Source: Chara braunii
Lineage: Eukaryota; Plantae; Charophyceae
NCBI GenBank assembly: GCA_003427395.1
Contig: BFEA01000034.1
Location: 3,351,655-3,403,774 of the forward strand
DNA: 52,120 nucleotides
Direction: 5' to 3'
Shown one piece after another: positions 24,271 through 36,443 of this stretch. A model generated the notes under the pieces. The model saw nothing but the letters and a program-made list of their open reading frames with translations. It searched no databases and was not told the DNA's origin. The position numbers and the translations under genes are program-made. The stretch's first letter is position 1. The number at the start of each line of letters is the position of its first letter.

Positions 24271-27263
24271 CGGGATAGGAAGAAAGGTTATTCAAATGAG
24301 GGTTCGTCACCGGTGGACGACTTCTTGGATTGCGAAGAAGATATAGTGCTCTACATTAATGCATGGCCCGCGACCACAAAGCAGTTGGTAACTCCATGCC
24401 AACACTCATGGATCACCCCGTAGAGGTACAAATGAGGTGCAAATATTGTACTCAAACCATTTGCAGAAGAGGACCCCTTGCGTGAGCAAGGAGTTGACTG
24501 GATGATGAAGTGGACACCTACATATTACACGAGGAGCCATCTATGATTGAAGATAAACCACATCACGTGGAGGCGCATGAAAGATTGAAGGGAGTTTTAT
24601 ATATTTCAGTCAATGCTCTGGTGCAGGAAGAAGCATTGAGGATAGATGACCAAGGGTTCAGTAAAGAAGGGGAAGAGACTCTAGGAGAGGAGGATTCCGC
24701 AAGAGTGAATATGCAGGTATATATCTAGAGCTGAGACTACTCCTTCCATGCGAAATAAGGGAAAGGGAGGCAAGTCAGAAAACCCTCACGATGAAGTCGC
24801 GCTTTTTAGTAAGGGATAGTCATCTATTTATTCGAGGGAGAGCAAGTGAACCGAGGAGAGTGGTTTGTCCGCTGTCGGACCAAATACCCTTACAAGGGCA
24901 TTTAACCATGTTTTTACAATCAACACACCGATCGCACTGACCACCATGACGGGGTCGGTCTGAACTTAAAAGTGTACGTGTTTGTAGCGCGACACTTCGA
25001 AAACGATTTCCTCGACTATTGAGGCCGGGGAAAATTGGTGAGAAAATTTTGTCAAGTACGCGCGCACGTTATTGAGACGCGCGCTCTGATGGTTATGGTC
25101 AATACTAATATCCTTCGGCCAAAGAGGTCGAGGGGTCGATTGGGTTAGTGATGTGTTAGATAGACTTACGACACACAATGAGACTTAATCGTCAGTACGT
25201 TATTTGGGATAAATTAATATACACCCCGGTCATACGGCCATACGGCCGAAGCAAACTAAAAGTGTGTGATCATCGGGTCTACAATAGCGCCCAAATTGCT
25301 AAGCACTTACTTGAGCAGTACCTCTGTCCTACTCATATACAACAAATGAGGTTTTGAGTCTACCGCTCGGTCTCCCATGTGAAGGGAGGTGTCTGTCTCT
25401 TAGACGATGACTTCCTGACCTCGAGGCACCCAAACAACCGGTGGCTTCGTCCCTTTCGGAAGGAAACATCATTGCGGACCCTGATATCGCGTATACATGC
25501 CCTAAACTCAGACTACTTGAACTGGTACCCACCTATCTACCGGTACTGGGCCTCTAAAAATGCCAACTTTTGTCTTCTTCTACTCGACCTCGGATACCCG
25601 GCACATCTACCTTTACTTGGTGTGGTACCGACCTACCTGCTACTTGAGTGTTTTATCTTCCTCTCAAGTGTCGCGGACCTCCTGCCCCGCCACCCGAGTG
25701 TTTTCCCAGTTGCAACCCTCAATGTCATTGCTACATGTAAGTACCAGCCCTCGACCTTCCGAGCAATCAAGTGCCCTTGTAGGGAACACACTCATCCAAG
25801 TCGACAAGCACTCAGGCAGGCACGCAGACTAGCAAGCGCACACACACACAGACTTAGAATTGGGCTCGGGTCACTAGGCGAACCGAGCCTCATTCCTTTA
25901 CTTATATCGGGACTGCTTCTGTCTTGCTCGAAGCAGGAGCTAGCCTGATAGGTTTCGGTATAAATTGACAAGTAACAAACTCGAGGATCGAGTCCACCTG
26001 CCTGCGGGTCAACTCCTTTTGACAAGGAGCCCCATATGATTTCGCCCCTGTTCTCGGCAAACGGGGCTCGAACCCGCGACCTCGGTATTAGAATTAGTTA
26101 TGTAGGAGAGGTACGACACTTGGCACGAGCAGATAGTTAGTAGTTAGATTCTGTTCTTTTATTTTATTTTCGTTAGTTATTGCTAGATTTTTTATTTTTT
26201 ATTTTTTTTATTATTATTATCGTTTTGGTTTGTCTTTCTTTTTCTTTCTCTCGATCTCGTACTTCACGAGACTCGTCTGCATAAATGAATCCGTAGCGGA
26301 ACCGCGGGAAGGTTCATTCCCCTCGGGGTTGTTGATACGGGGCCTTAGGCTTGGCTCACTCGATACTAGCCTGCACACTCGGGAGAGAGGCGAGCTGTAG
26401 CAGGTGAGCCAGCGGACGACGCGACCCCGACATCAAGAAGAGCAGCGGAGGGGTCGTGAAGTGGTAGCAAGGAGGAGTCGCGCGAGGAGTAAAGAAGATG
26501 GTCGCGCGAAGGAAAGGAGATGGCTGCACAGAAAAAGGAAGCGCAGCGGGAAGCAGGAGGAGCAGTTAAGGGAAAAGCAAGAAGTAGGAGTTGTGCGGGG
26601 GAAATAGTGGAAATGACCGAGCAAAAAGATGTGGAACATGGAACGCGTGGAGAACAACGGAGATGGCGCATGGGGAGTAGCGAAGATGGCCGTGGGGTAG
26701 AAGGAGGGCGAGGGGAGGTAGCGCAAGCGGGCAAAAAGAAGAAATGTATGCATGAAGAGAGGAGGAGATGATTGTGTGGTGGTAGCAGAAGGTGAATGTG
26801 CGGAGGAAAAGAGGATGGTCGCGCAGAAGAAGGCGGAGCGAAGAAAGGCAGTGAGAAAAGTAGCGGGAGGAGGGAGTAGAAGAAGTAGTAGTAGTAGTAA
26901 TAGAAGAAGAAGAAGATGATGAAGAAGAAGAAGAAGAGGAGGAGGAAGAGGAGGAGATAAGGGGAGAGGGCGACTTACCTGGCAGTAGGTGCACCCTCCC
27001 TTGTAGTCGATAATGGCGCCAGGAGGTTGGGCCCGTCATCGTCGACTTGTTAGAATGCGCGTTGTACCGTCACTGCCCGACCTGCACGAGTGCACACTTG
27101 TGCCTTCCGTTTGGCCCGTGACCTGATCACGATATGCTGCACTTCATGTCGGACATCGTTGCTTTGTGGGACGACGACAATGACGACGACGATGAGGAGG
27201 GAGATAAGACAGGTAAGTCTCCTACCCTGCGATTGGCGTCTCGCTATTTTCATCAATAGGATA

Positions 27264-27267
27264 TGTG

Positions 27268-27313
<46 letters not shown>

Positions 27314-27366
27314 AGTGTGTGTGTGTGTGTGCGTGTGTGTATGTGTGTGTGTGTGTGTGTGTGTGA

Positions 27367-27403
<37 letters not shown>

Positions 27404-27406
27404 GAG

Positions 27407-27474
<68 letters not shown>

Positions 27475-27690
27475 ACCAACTCGCTCGGTGATCGCCGCTG
27501 CGGCAATCGGACTTCCGTCCCTGAACACAACGCGCCGTCAGTTTGGCTGCATCTGCCCGGGAAAGTAGCTAGTATACACCAGCTAACCCTTTTTGCTACT
27601 ATTATTACTGTTATTACTATTATTATTATTATTGTTATTATTATTATTATTGTTATTATTATTATTATTGTTATTATTATTATTATTATT
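27264..27690. repeat. (GT)n, (GA)n and (TTA)n microsatellites
   Basis: GT 27264-27382, GA 27383-27471, TTA/TTG 27597-27690. Confidence 0.95.
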
Positions 27691-28307
27691 GACAAGGATG
27701 ATACCTGGCCGCGATTATGGTTAGGATACGTGTCGGCAAGTACTACCGTTATAAGCGACACAGTCACTAGACAGAATGTCGTGCAAACACGCAGTAAGGG
27801 AAAATTTTATAAGGAAGAAGAAAGAAGGCGTGAGAGGGAAAGAAGAGATGGGTTGGTCAAGGAGGAGATATGAGAGGAGGAGGAAGGAGAAGAAGATGAA
27901 GAGACGAAGCGGATCACGAGGAACGTAGAGGGGCATCTTAAGGGAATGATGAGCAACGTCACGCGGGAATGAAGGAGAACGGCGTTGCATGGGAAGATGA
28001 AAAGTGCAGCGGGAATGAAGGAGAACAACTTAGCTTACGGTGCATGAGGTCATAGTTGCGTGGCAGAAGAAGAAGAAGAAGTGTGTGTGTGAGAGAGGTG
28101 AGGATGATAATGTGAGGGCACATACCTAGTATTGGCGATGGTCTGCATAGGTCGACATCTTCATGTACTTCGGTTGTTGATGCTGACAGTCTGCTCAGGC
28201 TGCATTTGACTGACGACAAAGGACTGATCACGTCGCCCAGAAGTAGCGACACCCTTGAGAAAAGTGTGTGTGTGTGTCTACGTGTGTGAGAGATGGTTAA
28301 CGACATA

Positions 28308-28678
28308 CACTATTTATAGACCACTTTCAGCCACTTCAGGTCCCCACCTGAAACTCATGAAATGACCTGAAGTGACTAAAGTTTCTGAAAGGGGTTTCAG
28401 GTACCCCCATCCAAATGGTTGGATGGGGGTACCTGAAACCCCTTTCAGAAACTTTAGCCACTTCAGCGGTTTTAGGTCCCCACCTAAAATTCCTGAAATG
28501 ACCTGAAGTGGCTGAAAAAACAGGCAGAAAAAAGAAAAAGAAAAAAAACATAAAACTTATCCTCCAAACCACCCGAAACTTATGAAATGACCTGAAGTGT
28601 CTCCAGGCCATTTCAGCAGTTTCAGACCACTTCAGAATCTTTTATTCTGAAATTTCAGGTGGTCATTAACCGCAAGTG
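28308..28678. mobile_element. Small foldback / CACTA-like MITE candidate
   Basis: Begins CACTA...GACCAC and ends GTGGTC...AAGTG; dense CCACTTCAG/CTGAAGTGG motifs; central 100-bp palindrome. No clean TSD. Confidence 0.45.
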
Positions 28679-28702
28679 GCGTGTGTGTGTGTCTGTGTGC
28701 AT

Positions 28703-28703
<1 letters not shown>

Positions 28704-28738
<35 letters not shown>

Positions 28739-28759
28739 TTAAAAAACAGGCATACAAAA

Positions 28760-28798
<39 letters not shown>

Positions 28799-29229
28799 TA
28801 GACAGACCGTGACAGACAGACAAAGACACAGATTCAAAAACACACAGTCATGGTGAAACACACAGTTACTGTGACACACACATGGTCACGGTGACACACA
28901 CAGACATGGTGAAACACAGACACGATGAAACACACAGTCACTGTGGCACACACAAACATAGTGAAACTGTGACACAGACACAGTGCACGGTGACGCACAG
29001 ATGCACAATGACATTGATACCCAGTGAAACACACAGTCCCACTGACATGGACATTATGACACATACAAAAAACTGTGACACACACACAAAGACTATGATA
29101 CAGTGACACACACTGTGACACATACATAGACACAGTAAAACACATTGTCGCAGTGACACATACATAATGAAACGCACACAAACAAGTGACACAAATACAC
29201 AGCGACCTGTACACAGTGACACAGAGAGA

Positions 29230-29295
<66 letters not shown>
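28704..29295. repeat. poly-T, (GACA)n, degenerate CA-rich minisatellite, (GA)n
   Basis: Simple repeats plus repeated GTGACACACA-type units. Confidence 0.9.
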
Positions 29296-29296
<1 letters not shown>

Positions 29297-29919
29297 TACG
29301 TACCGGGTGTACGTGAGAGGTCGGCTATGGTATTGACGTCATGAACATTGGTCTTCAAAGTCGAAGTGAGCATGTTGCGTGAATGCGGCCCTGAAAGGAT
29401 CGACGAGTAGTGTAGGCTGGGCCAGGGGGTCCACATAGTCCCACATGGTACTTGCTGACTTAACAAAGCGTGACCGGGACTGGGTACCGCTGACTGGGCT
29501 GGGTTAGACTACCCACTTGCCCACGTACCTGCGGACTGTAGCCTAAGACTTTATTGAAGGCCACCTCCGAATCTTCCTGGAAAAGTTGTAGGCTTGACCT
29601 TTCGAGACTGCAGCAACTACGACCTTGACTCTTCGGAGCTGTAGCAGCCACAACTCCTACCACTGCTAAGATTTTAACCTACGGACCTACTGTTCGAGGC
29701 CCAACGACCGCCCTATCTACAACAAGCAAACAGTCAGCAGCAGCAGCAGCAGCAACACCTCCCATATGAGGGGGAGGCCAACCAGTCTTCGACATTCAGG
29801 CCTAGGCAGGCAATGCGGACATGCTGCTGCAATGGTGCGCAAGTGCCTGCATGTGCACTAGCGGCCGTAGCCGAGTTGTAGGGCACGAGTACTGGGAGGT
29901 GAGAATGTGGTAGGCAGGT

Positions 29920-30075
29920 AGAGAGTGAGTGGGTGAGTCAATGTTGTCTACAGCCAATCAGGTGAGTAGACACTGTGCACAACCGATCGAGTGAGTCAAA
30001 TGTTGTGCACAACCAATCGAGAAAGTGAGTGTTGTGTGTTGCCAATCGAGTGAGTAGATGCGGTACACTATGTTG
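29920..30075. repeat. Degenerate ~33-bp tandem repeat x4
   Basis: GTGAGT..ATGTTGTGCACAACCAATCGA-like units. Confidence 0.7.
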
Positions 30076-30940
30076 TATTATGTGGTCTGCTTGCACTCTG
30101 GCAATGGGCTTGGCCACGAGAAAGGAGAGAGGGAGATAAATAAAGAGTCAGTGAAGGAGCTCTGCGCAAGTGCAAATCAAGTCTACTAGTGTAGGATGAG
30201 CAAGGTTATCCCCATCACATCATATATATCTTTGTATCAGGTTGTATATACTACCCTATATTACTATGCATCCATTTGTGCTTGAATATATGAATTTGCG
30301 GCTTTCTTCTTGATTAAACCTGAGCTAGGGAAAAATGCTATGCATGTATAAGCAATGGTTGGAGTGAGTTTATCTTTCTTCTAATGCAAATGCATGATGT
30401 AATGAAGGTTTCATGCGTGTTGGTTTCACTGTTTGAGGGTTAGTTGATATGAATTATGTATGGCTAACTGTTTCTGAAAACGCATAGTGGGAACGAGAAA
30501 CTCTCGTACGGGTTGTCTCACCATGTGTGTGTTTAGTTTGGGTAGATAAGGCAACGGGAATGTGGACTCCATGAAGTTTTGTACTGCTTGATAGGATTTG
30601 CTAACATTGATGAGGGTTGAGTGCACTACAAAAGTTATTGGATTGTGCATGGTTATGTATGTTTGGGATTATTGATTGGCTAACCCAGGATGTATGCATG
30701 TGTCCTTGTCGAAACACTTCGACTAACGCTCATCTTCTCAAAGTTAGATTGACTCAAGTCAAAAGTTAGTTGAAGGTCTTCTGAGAAATACGTAATGAGG
30801 TGAGAATACCCGTATGAACTTCCTCATTATGTGATTTATTGAGTCATTGGGATGTGACCTCGTGTGGTCTGCGAGTCCGACTTTAAGACCTTCAATTGAC
30901 CTAAGACACAAGGGTTCTTCTAAAAGAAAGTAAACTAGCA

Positions 30941-31165
30941 GGGGTAATAAGAGGAGTAAGGTCTCGAGAGACCCGCCTTATTACCTGAATTTGCTTTAAG
31001 TAAGGGAATGGGGTAATAAGAGGAGTGAGGTCCCGAGAGACCCGCCTTATTACCAGAATCTGCTTTAAGTAAGGGAATGGGGTAATAAGAGGAGTGAGGT
31101 CCCGAGAGACCCGCCTTATTACCGAAATCTGCTTTAAGTAAGGGAATGTGCTAATAGGAGGAGCA
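30941..31165 (+). repeat. 69-bp tandem repeat x3.3, each unit a hairpin
   Basis: GGTAATAAG-aggagtgaggtcccgagagacccgc-CTTATTACC + linker, repeated. Confidence 0.9.
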
Positions 31166-32512
31166 AGACCCCAAGAGGTGTTAAGACCGTGTTGACCTGT
31201 GTGTGATTGCAGGTCACCTTTACTTTCAAAACGAGTCATTATGAGTCTATACAAGACTGAATGTAATTGCCTTATGGTAACACGTTGGTTCGTCAACTCA
31301 ACCCTCACTCGTCCTCGACACCCACATTTTGCATCGACCTCTGCACAAAAAGGCATTTCTGAATTTTCGGGTCATTGTCTAAATGATCTGTTTGGTCACG
31401 AGGGGTCCTTGAATTGACTAAAATCAGATACGGTTGAATGACTAGGTCGAAAAGGTGATGTCTGACTGAGAGGTTTGAAAGCGTAAGTGTAATGTGGATG
31501 AAAGTGAATAAAAGGTTGACTTTATCGGAATTGTGTAATGTGATTGACTCTTGTCTGCAGGTTAGTAAAATGACCAGTCACACTATTCACTGCAACCCGC
31601 TGAGAAACTTACGCTATCCTGGGCCTTGATCCAAGCATTTTATCAACGCGCGAATTTGTACATTTGGTTTGAGTACCCAACCTTGTGCTTTTCCCTGATG
31701 TTAAGCAAATTAGGATTATTGACAAGGCTAAAAACATTATTCATCTCATGTCCATTTCATCTACATTGATTTGAAAGGTCAATGGCCTATGTTTTCCCTG
31801 ATCAAATCATACTGTTTATGTGAATGTGTTAAGTGTATGTGACATCTCCTTGCCTTATTACTCCGTCTTATTTCATTTCCTATGTATGTATGATATAACA
31901 AAGGGTTTCCATAAAGAGATATGTTGAATGGACTTAATCACTAAGTAGGATAGGGTATATGTTTTACGAGTGACCCCTGATAATTCAAGTACTGAGGGGA
32001 TCCTGCTTCGAAGAACAAAAAAAGTTTGTTGTGAGTCATTACCTATTGAAGCTAGTTATAGTCAGAATTTAGAATGCGCGAACGTTCATCAGTCGAGTCG
32101 ACCTGATTTGTAAGTCGGTCCGGGAGATCAGCGTTCCGATGCCCAACACGTGATCGTGATACGGGTCAGTCTTAGGCGTTCAACCGTACGTATGCCCATG
32201 CTACGGCGATCGAGAAAACACCCTTGGCTGACCTACCTCTGCGATTGCATGTAAAAGTCTTCGCACGTGGGTCAGTAGCTCAGGAGGGATACGCCAACCT
32301 AAGGGATGGTGATAGCTCTCACAGGTGGAGGTGAGTTGTACCTCGCGGAACCTTTGTCCTGTCACAAGGGACCGCGGGAGGTATAGCTGGCGCGCACGGT
32401 CGGAGTTGGTCTTTGGTTAAAACGGTTCTAAAACTTCTGCGTGATGCGACCGTGAGGTCCAACACTAAAAATGTTTCACGTCTGGGTGTGGAACCACCGC
32501 GCCTGACACCGC

Positions 32513-33700
32513 AATCGACAGATTGACGTCATAGTTGCTCTACATGATGGAAGAGTCGGCAGTCACTCGAGCAAGGATGCCACGCTTGGAAATATATATG
32601 GTCTCTACTGCTATTGGGAAAATATAAGAAAGATGATCCGCATGTATTGAGAATCTTGTGTTCAATGTCAGGAAAGATCATCTGTTAGATATAAATAGTC
32701 ACTTCATCCGAGGTAGGTGTGGGAAGTAGGGGATGTGGTTCACTTGGGCCTGTTGGGGATGTGGTCCACTTGGACCTGTTGGGGATGTGGTCCACTTGGA
32801 CTTGTTGGGGATGTGGTCCACTTGGACCTGTTGGGGATGTGGTCCACTTGGACCTGTTGGTAATGTCACTAGGAATAGGAGGGTACAATTATATCTTTTA
32901 TGCATGAGACAACCTAACATGGTTTGTGGACGGTAAGGTTATTCGCACGAAAAATGGAGAAGTATTGACACAGTGCATCGAAGAATCTTACCTTCAATAC
33001 CCGTTTGTGGTAGAGTTTGTAATGGACAGAGGATCGGAGTTCACTTGTGCTGAGGTAAAGGCGCTCTTGAAGGCATATAGGGTAATTGCTAAGTACAAAA
33101 CTGCAACACATCCCCAAGCAAATTCACCAGTGGAAAGGGGGCACAATACACGCACGAACCTCTTCGCAAACTGGACAAGTTGTAGACCATACCATAGCTG
33201 AAAGGTTTAAGTGCGACGTTTTTTCGTGGAAAATATAACTGTTAAAAAAATCACAAGGTATGCGCCGACAACATTATGGTATGGGAGGCACGCAACATTT
33301 CCGATCGAGAGTTTCCTAAAGACTTGGTGGCGCCAAGACCTTGAAACTACTTTGTCGTTCGAAGACCTGGTAGACCTAATAGCATGTCATATTGGTGTCA
33401 CAGAAGAAAGGATTAGGGATGCAGTTAATAGTTCAACAAATCGTCGCACTAAAGATAAATTCATATGGGACTGAATAACACACTTGCGATGGGAGTCATT
33501 GAAGTTTGGAGGCGTTGCACTATTATACGACTCCTCACCGGAAAAGTAGTGGTCTAGAAAGCTTGATAAAAGATGGCTAGAGCCATACAGAATTGCTCGT
33601 TGCAGAGAATACAGAGCATACCAAATTGAAGAACTGAATCGGACGACATGAAAAGATTGGATGTTAGGAACTAATTTGAAGAAGTTTGTGGCGCGAGAAG
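32513..33700 (+). pseudogene. pol: Integrase remnant (N-terminal piece at ~24780-24872)
   Basis: ALHDG..SH zinc-finger region, VHLDL, MDRGSEF, HPQANSPVERGH, and C-terminal WLEPY (GPY/F-like). No chromodomain seen. Confidence 0.93.
32729..32858. repeat. 26-bp tandem repeat x5 inside integrase
   Basis: GGGGATGTGGTCCACTTGGACCTGTT x5, near identical. Confidence 0.97.
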
Positions 33701-33989
33701 GGGTGAGTGCAGTAAAAGGATTAGACAGATAATTAGAATAATAGAGGGGGAAAAATGGATCCGTGAGGTTTGAGGGGTGAGCGGGATAAGACGTAAAGCA
33801 TGATGAAATTTTCTATTTAGATAGGTCGAGCCAACCAAAGTAGGGAGGGTAAGATTGTTAAAAATTATATATATAAATGGATTGTCAAGTATGTCCGATT
33901 ACTAAAGTATGAGTATGCCTGCTACACTGATTGATTGCCCTATGTTTACCCCTTTGTATGCATGTCATTTTCTCTCGCCTTATATGCAG

Positions 33990-36443
33990 GTCTGACTTTA
34001 CGAAGACTGCTATGCGGAAGGGGCAGGAGGGACAGATAGCCACAGGAAGAACCCCGAGGGGGTTCAGGAGGTAGAGTCACGACGGTCACATCAACGAGAT
34101 GGCACTTCAGTCAATAATGAAAGTAATTCAGACATGTTAATCGAGTTGTACACACGGCATGCAGCGGGTATGGGATGGTTTGTGAGAACGATGATTGAGC
34201 ACTTGAGAGGTACAAGAGAGATGAGGGAGAGGACTAACGAGTTGAGGGTGAGAGGAGAAGGTTGGTCTGAGATAGAGACAAGTCTACGGATGTTGCAACC
34301 ATCATCATTGGGACTTGATAGGTTACCCATCCGCATGACCGCAGATAACTTGGAGGACGTCTTTCCAGTAGAGGAGGAGCACTGCAAGAACGTTGGTATT
34401 ATAAAAGAGGAGTATACGAGGATGATCCAGTAGTGGGCGACACCAGCGCTAAGGAGGGACGTCACACATATAGGGCGCATGACCCGTGATTGGGAAGACT
34501 ACAAGGCTCGGATTAGGAGTGCTTGCGAGCTATTTCGACACGGATCCCCGAGACCATGAGTTGAGAGGAGGAGAAGTGATAGGCCACAAGCTACAGAGAG
34601 GAGGCGAGTTGATTCTCATCATCACAGGGCGGTCATTGATTTGGGAGATAATAGCCCACCTTCGCCACCCGACCCTGAGTGAGAGCTCGAGGTGGGACCA
34701 GTACTAGAGGCTGTCCTTGAGCTAGGAAACCTACCGAAGGACGAGATATTGGAGGGAGCTCAACCCATTGCGGATTTGGAGGAGCTAGAGGCACACTTGG
34801 AGCCATCACCGTGACTCTCCTCTAAGGCATCTCCTACCGCTACACTTGGTATTACCCCTAGGACAGTGGCAAGTCGGGAGTGCACACCTATAGCTGCATC
34901 TGAGGCGCGAAGTCCAGAGGTCGAGAGTGAGGAGGTCTGGCGAGTGCAGGCGAGTAGAGTGATCGATATACATCTTGTTGTTGAGGCAAGAAAAATTGTT
35001 GACATCGACGGGATGCCACGAGCTGAACCACTTGGAGGGATGCCACATCGAGACAGAGATCCGAGGAGAGGCCACGGAGCAGGTCATTCACCAGAGGAGA
35101 GAGGAAGAGGCCGTTGAGGAGCGACGAGCTAGAGTGGAGGCGAGACTTGAGGAGATAAGGTGAGAGAGAGATAGGAGAGAGGCAGTTAGGATATCGTTGA
35201 ACCCACTGGTAGACGTGAGGCCGTAGGAGAGATTAGTGGATGTCATTTGGGCTAGTTGGCAGCGGCAGAGGGACACAGCGCGCCAGGGATCGCAGGATCC
35301 TGACCCCATAGACACGAGACTGGAAAAGCAGGGATCTGATGGACACCGGCTTCACTGCAGCGAGGGGCGTTGATCAGGACCTGGATAGGAGGATAAGCCA
35401 GATTGAGACCACTTCCTTTGATAGATACTCGCTGGTTAACGCTGAGCTCGCGGCAAGGAAATTAAAGGTGGAAAATTTGTCTGGACGGGTGGAGAAAGCA
35501 GAGACAAAAATCAAGGAGCATAAGGCTGCGTTTCAGACGTAAGAGGCTGAGTGGGTGAAAAAACTTCAGGAGATGTGAGCAAGGATGGACAGATTCACGT
35601 CCACAACAGTAGTAAACTGGACTGAATAGAGCAGATATGGTATCCAGGGTCAGTGGTGCAGAGCCTCTTTGGACCGAAGGGTAGAGTAGAGCCTCCTCAA
35701 CAGCAGGGATTGGGCAGAGTAATCATGGACCCTGTTGAGGCAGAGGAGAAGAAGGAGAGAGAGAAGGGAGCTTTGAGTTCAAGGTCCCCATAAAATTTGT
35801 ATCTTAGTGACCGACACCTACGCAGCAGGAGTTGGTTGTCGAAGAGTTTGCCCAAGTACTTGCAACCGAGCCAATTAGGAGACATGCGCATGAGATGGTT
35901 GAGGAGGTCGCACAAGCTTCATCGAGGGACCTTTGGATAGGTTGTTGGAGGTGGTTGTTGAGAGGCTAACGCCATTGCCCATTTCTATGCCAGTTGCGAG
36001 ATTTGCTCGGGTTCCAAATATGGCGATTGCTCAAGGATCGAGTGGGAGGTTAGAGGAGACAGTGTTGGGGATGCCATGAGGATGGCAGAGGAGTGAGTTG
36101 AGTTTTATGCTAGTCACAGAGAGGGACACTCAATTATCCGGGGAAGCGTCGTGCAAGCCTGCACTAGTTGCTACTATGGAATTTAGCACTCCCTTGAAGA
36201 GACCACTTGGGTTGGATCCATCAGAATATATACTTCTGCCAGTCTGGGAAAGAGGATGAGCTTGTGGCTGTCAGGGTCAATTTCAGGAGGATCAACGCCA
36301 AGATCAGTACAGCAGGGAGCTACGAGTCAGGTCGCGAACACCCCCTCATCGTCTATCCCCCGAGAGAAAAAAGAGAAGAGAGTAAGAAAGCGCGATCGGG
36401 AGCAAGAGGCTTCGGATCCCCGCTAATCAGAAGGACTTTGTAA
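33990..36443 (+). pseudogene. Decayed extra 3' ORF between integrase and 3' UTR
   Basis: Chain of sense-strand E/R-rich ORF fragments, some coiled-coil-like, preceded by a pyrimidine tract + TGCAG splice-acceptor-like site (33966-33989). Confidence 0.55.

Larger units (their letters stand above)
24873..32508 (+). mobile_element. Solo LTR (LTR-D, 7.6 kb) inserted in the integrase N-terminus
   Basis: TGTCGG...CCTGACA ends; exact CCGC duplication (24869-72 / 32509-12); host reads EPRRVVC|RNRQIDVIVALHDG; has the family 5' palindrome and the 3' module (32215-32405). Confidence 0.85.

Noticed and set aside
26973-26982. U1 snRNA 5' end (ACTTACCTGG)
   Set aside because: No further U1 similarity; it is the complement of a splice-donor-like sequence.
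26366-29466. Many overlapping low-complexity ORFs
   Set aside because: Produced by simple repeats and purine-rich tracts within LTR-D.
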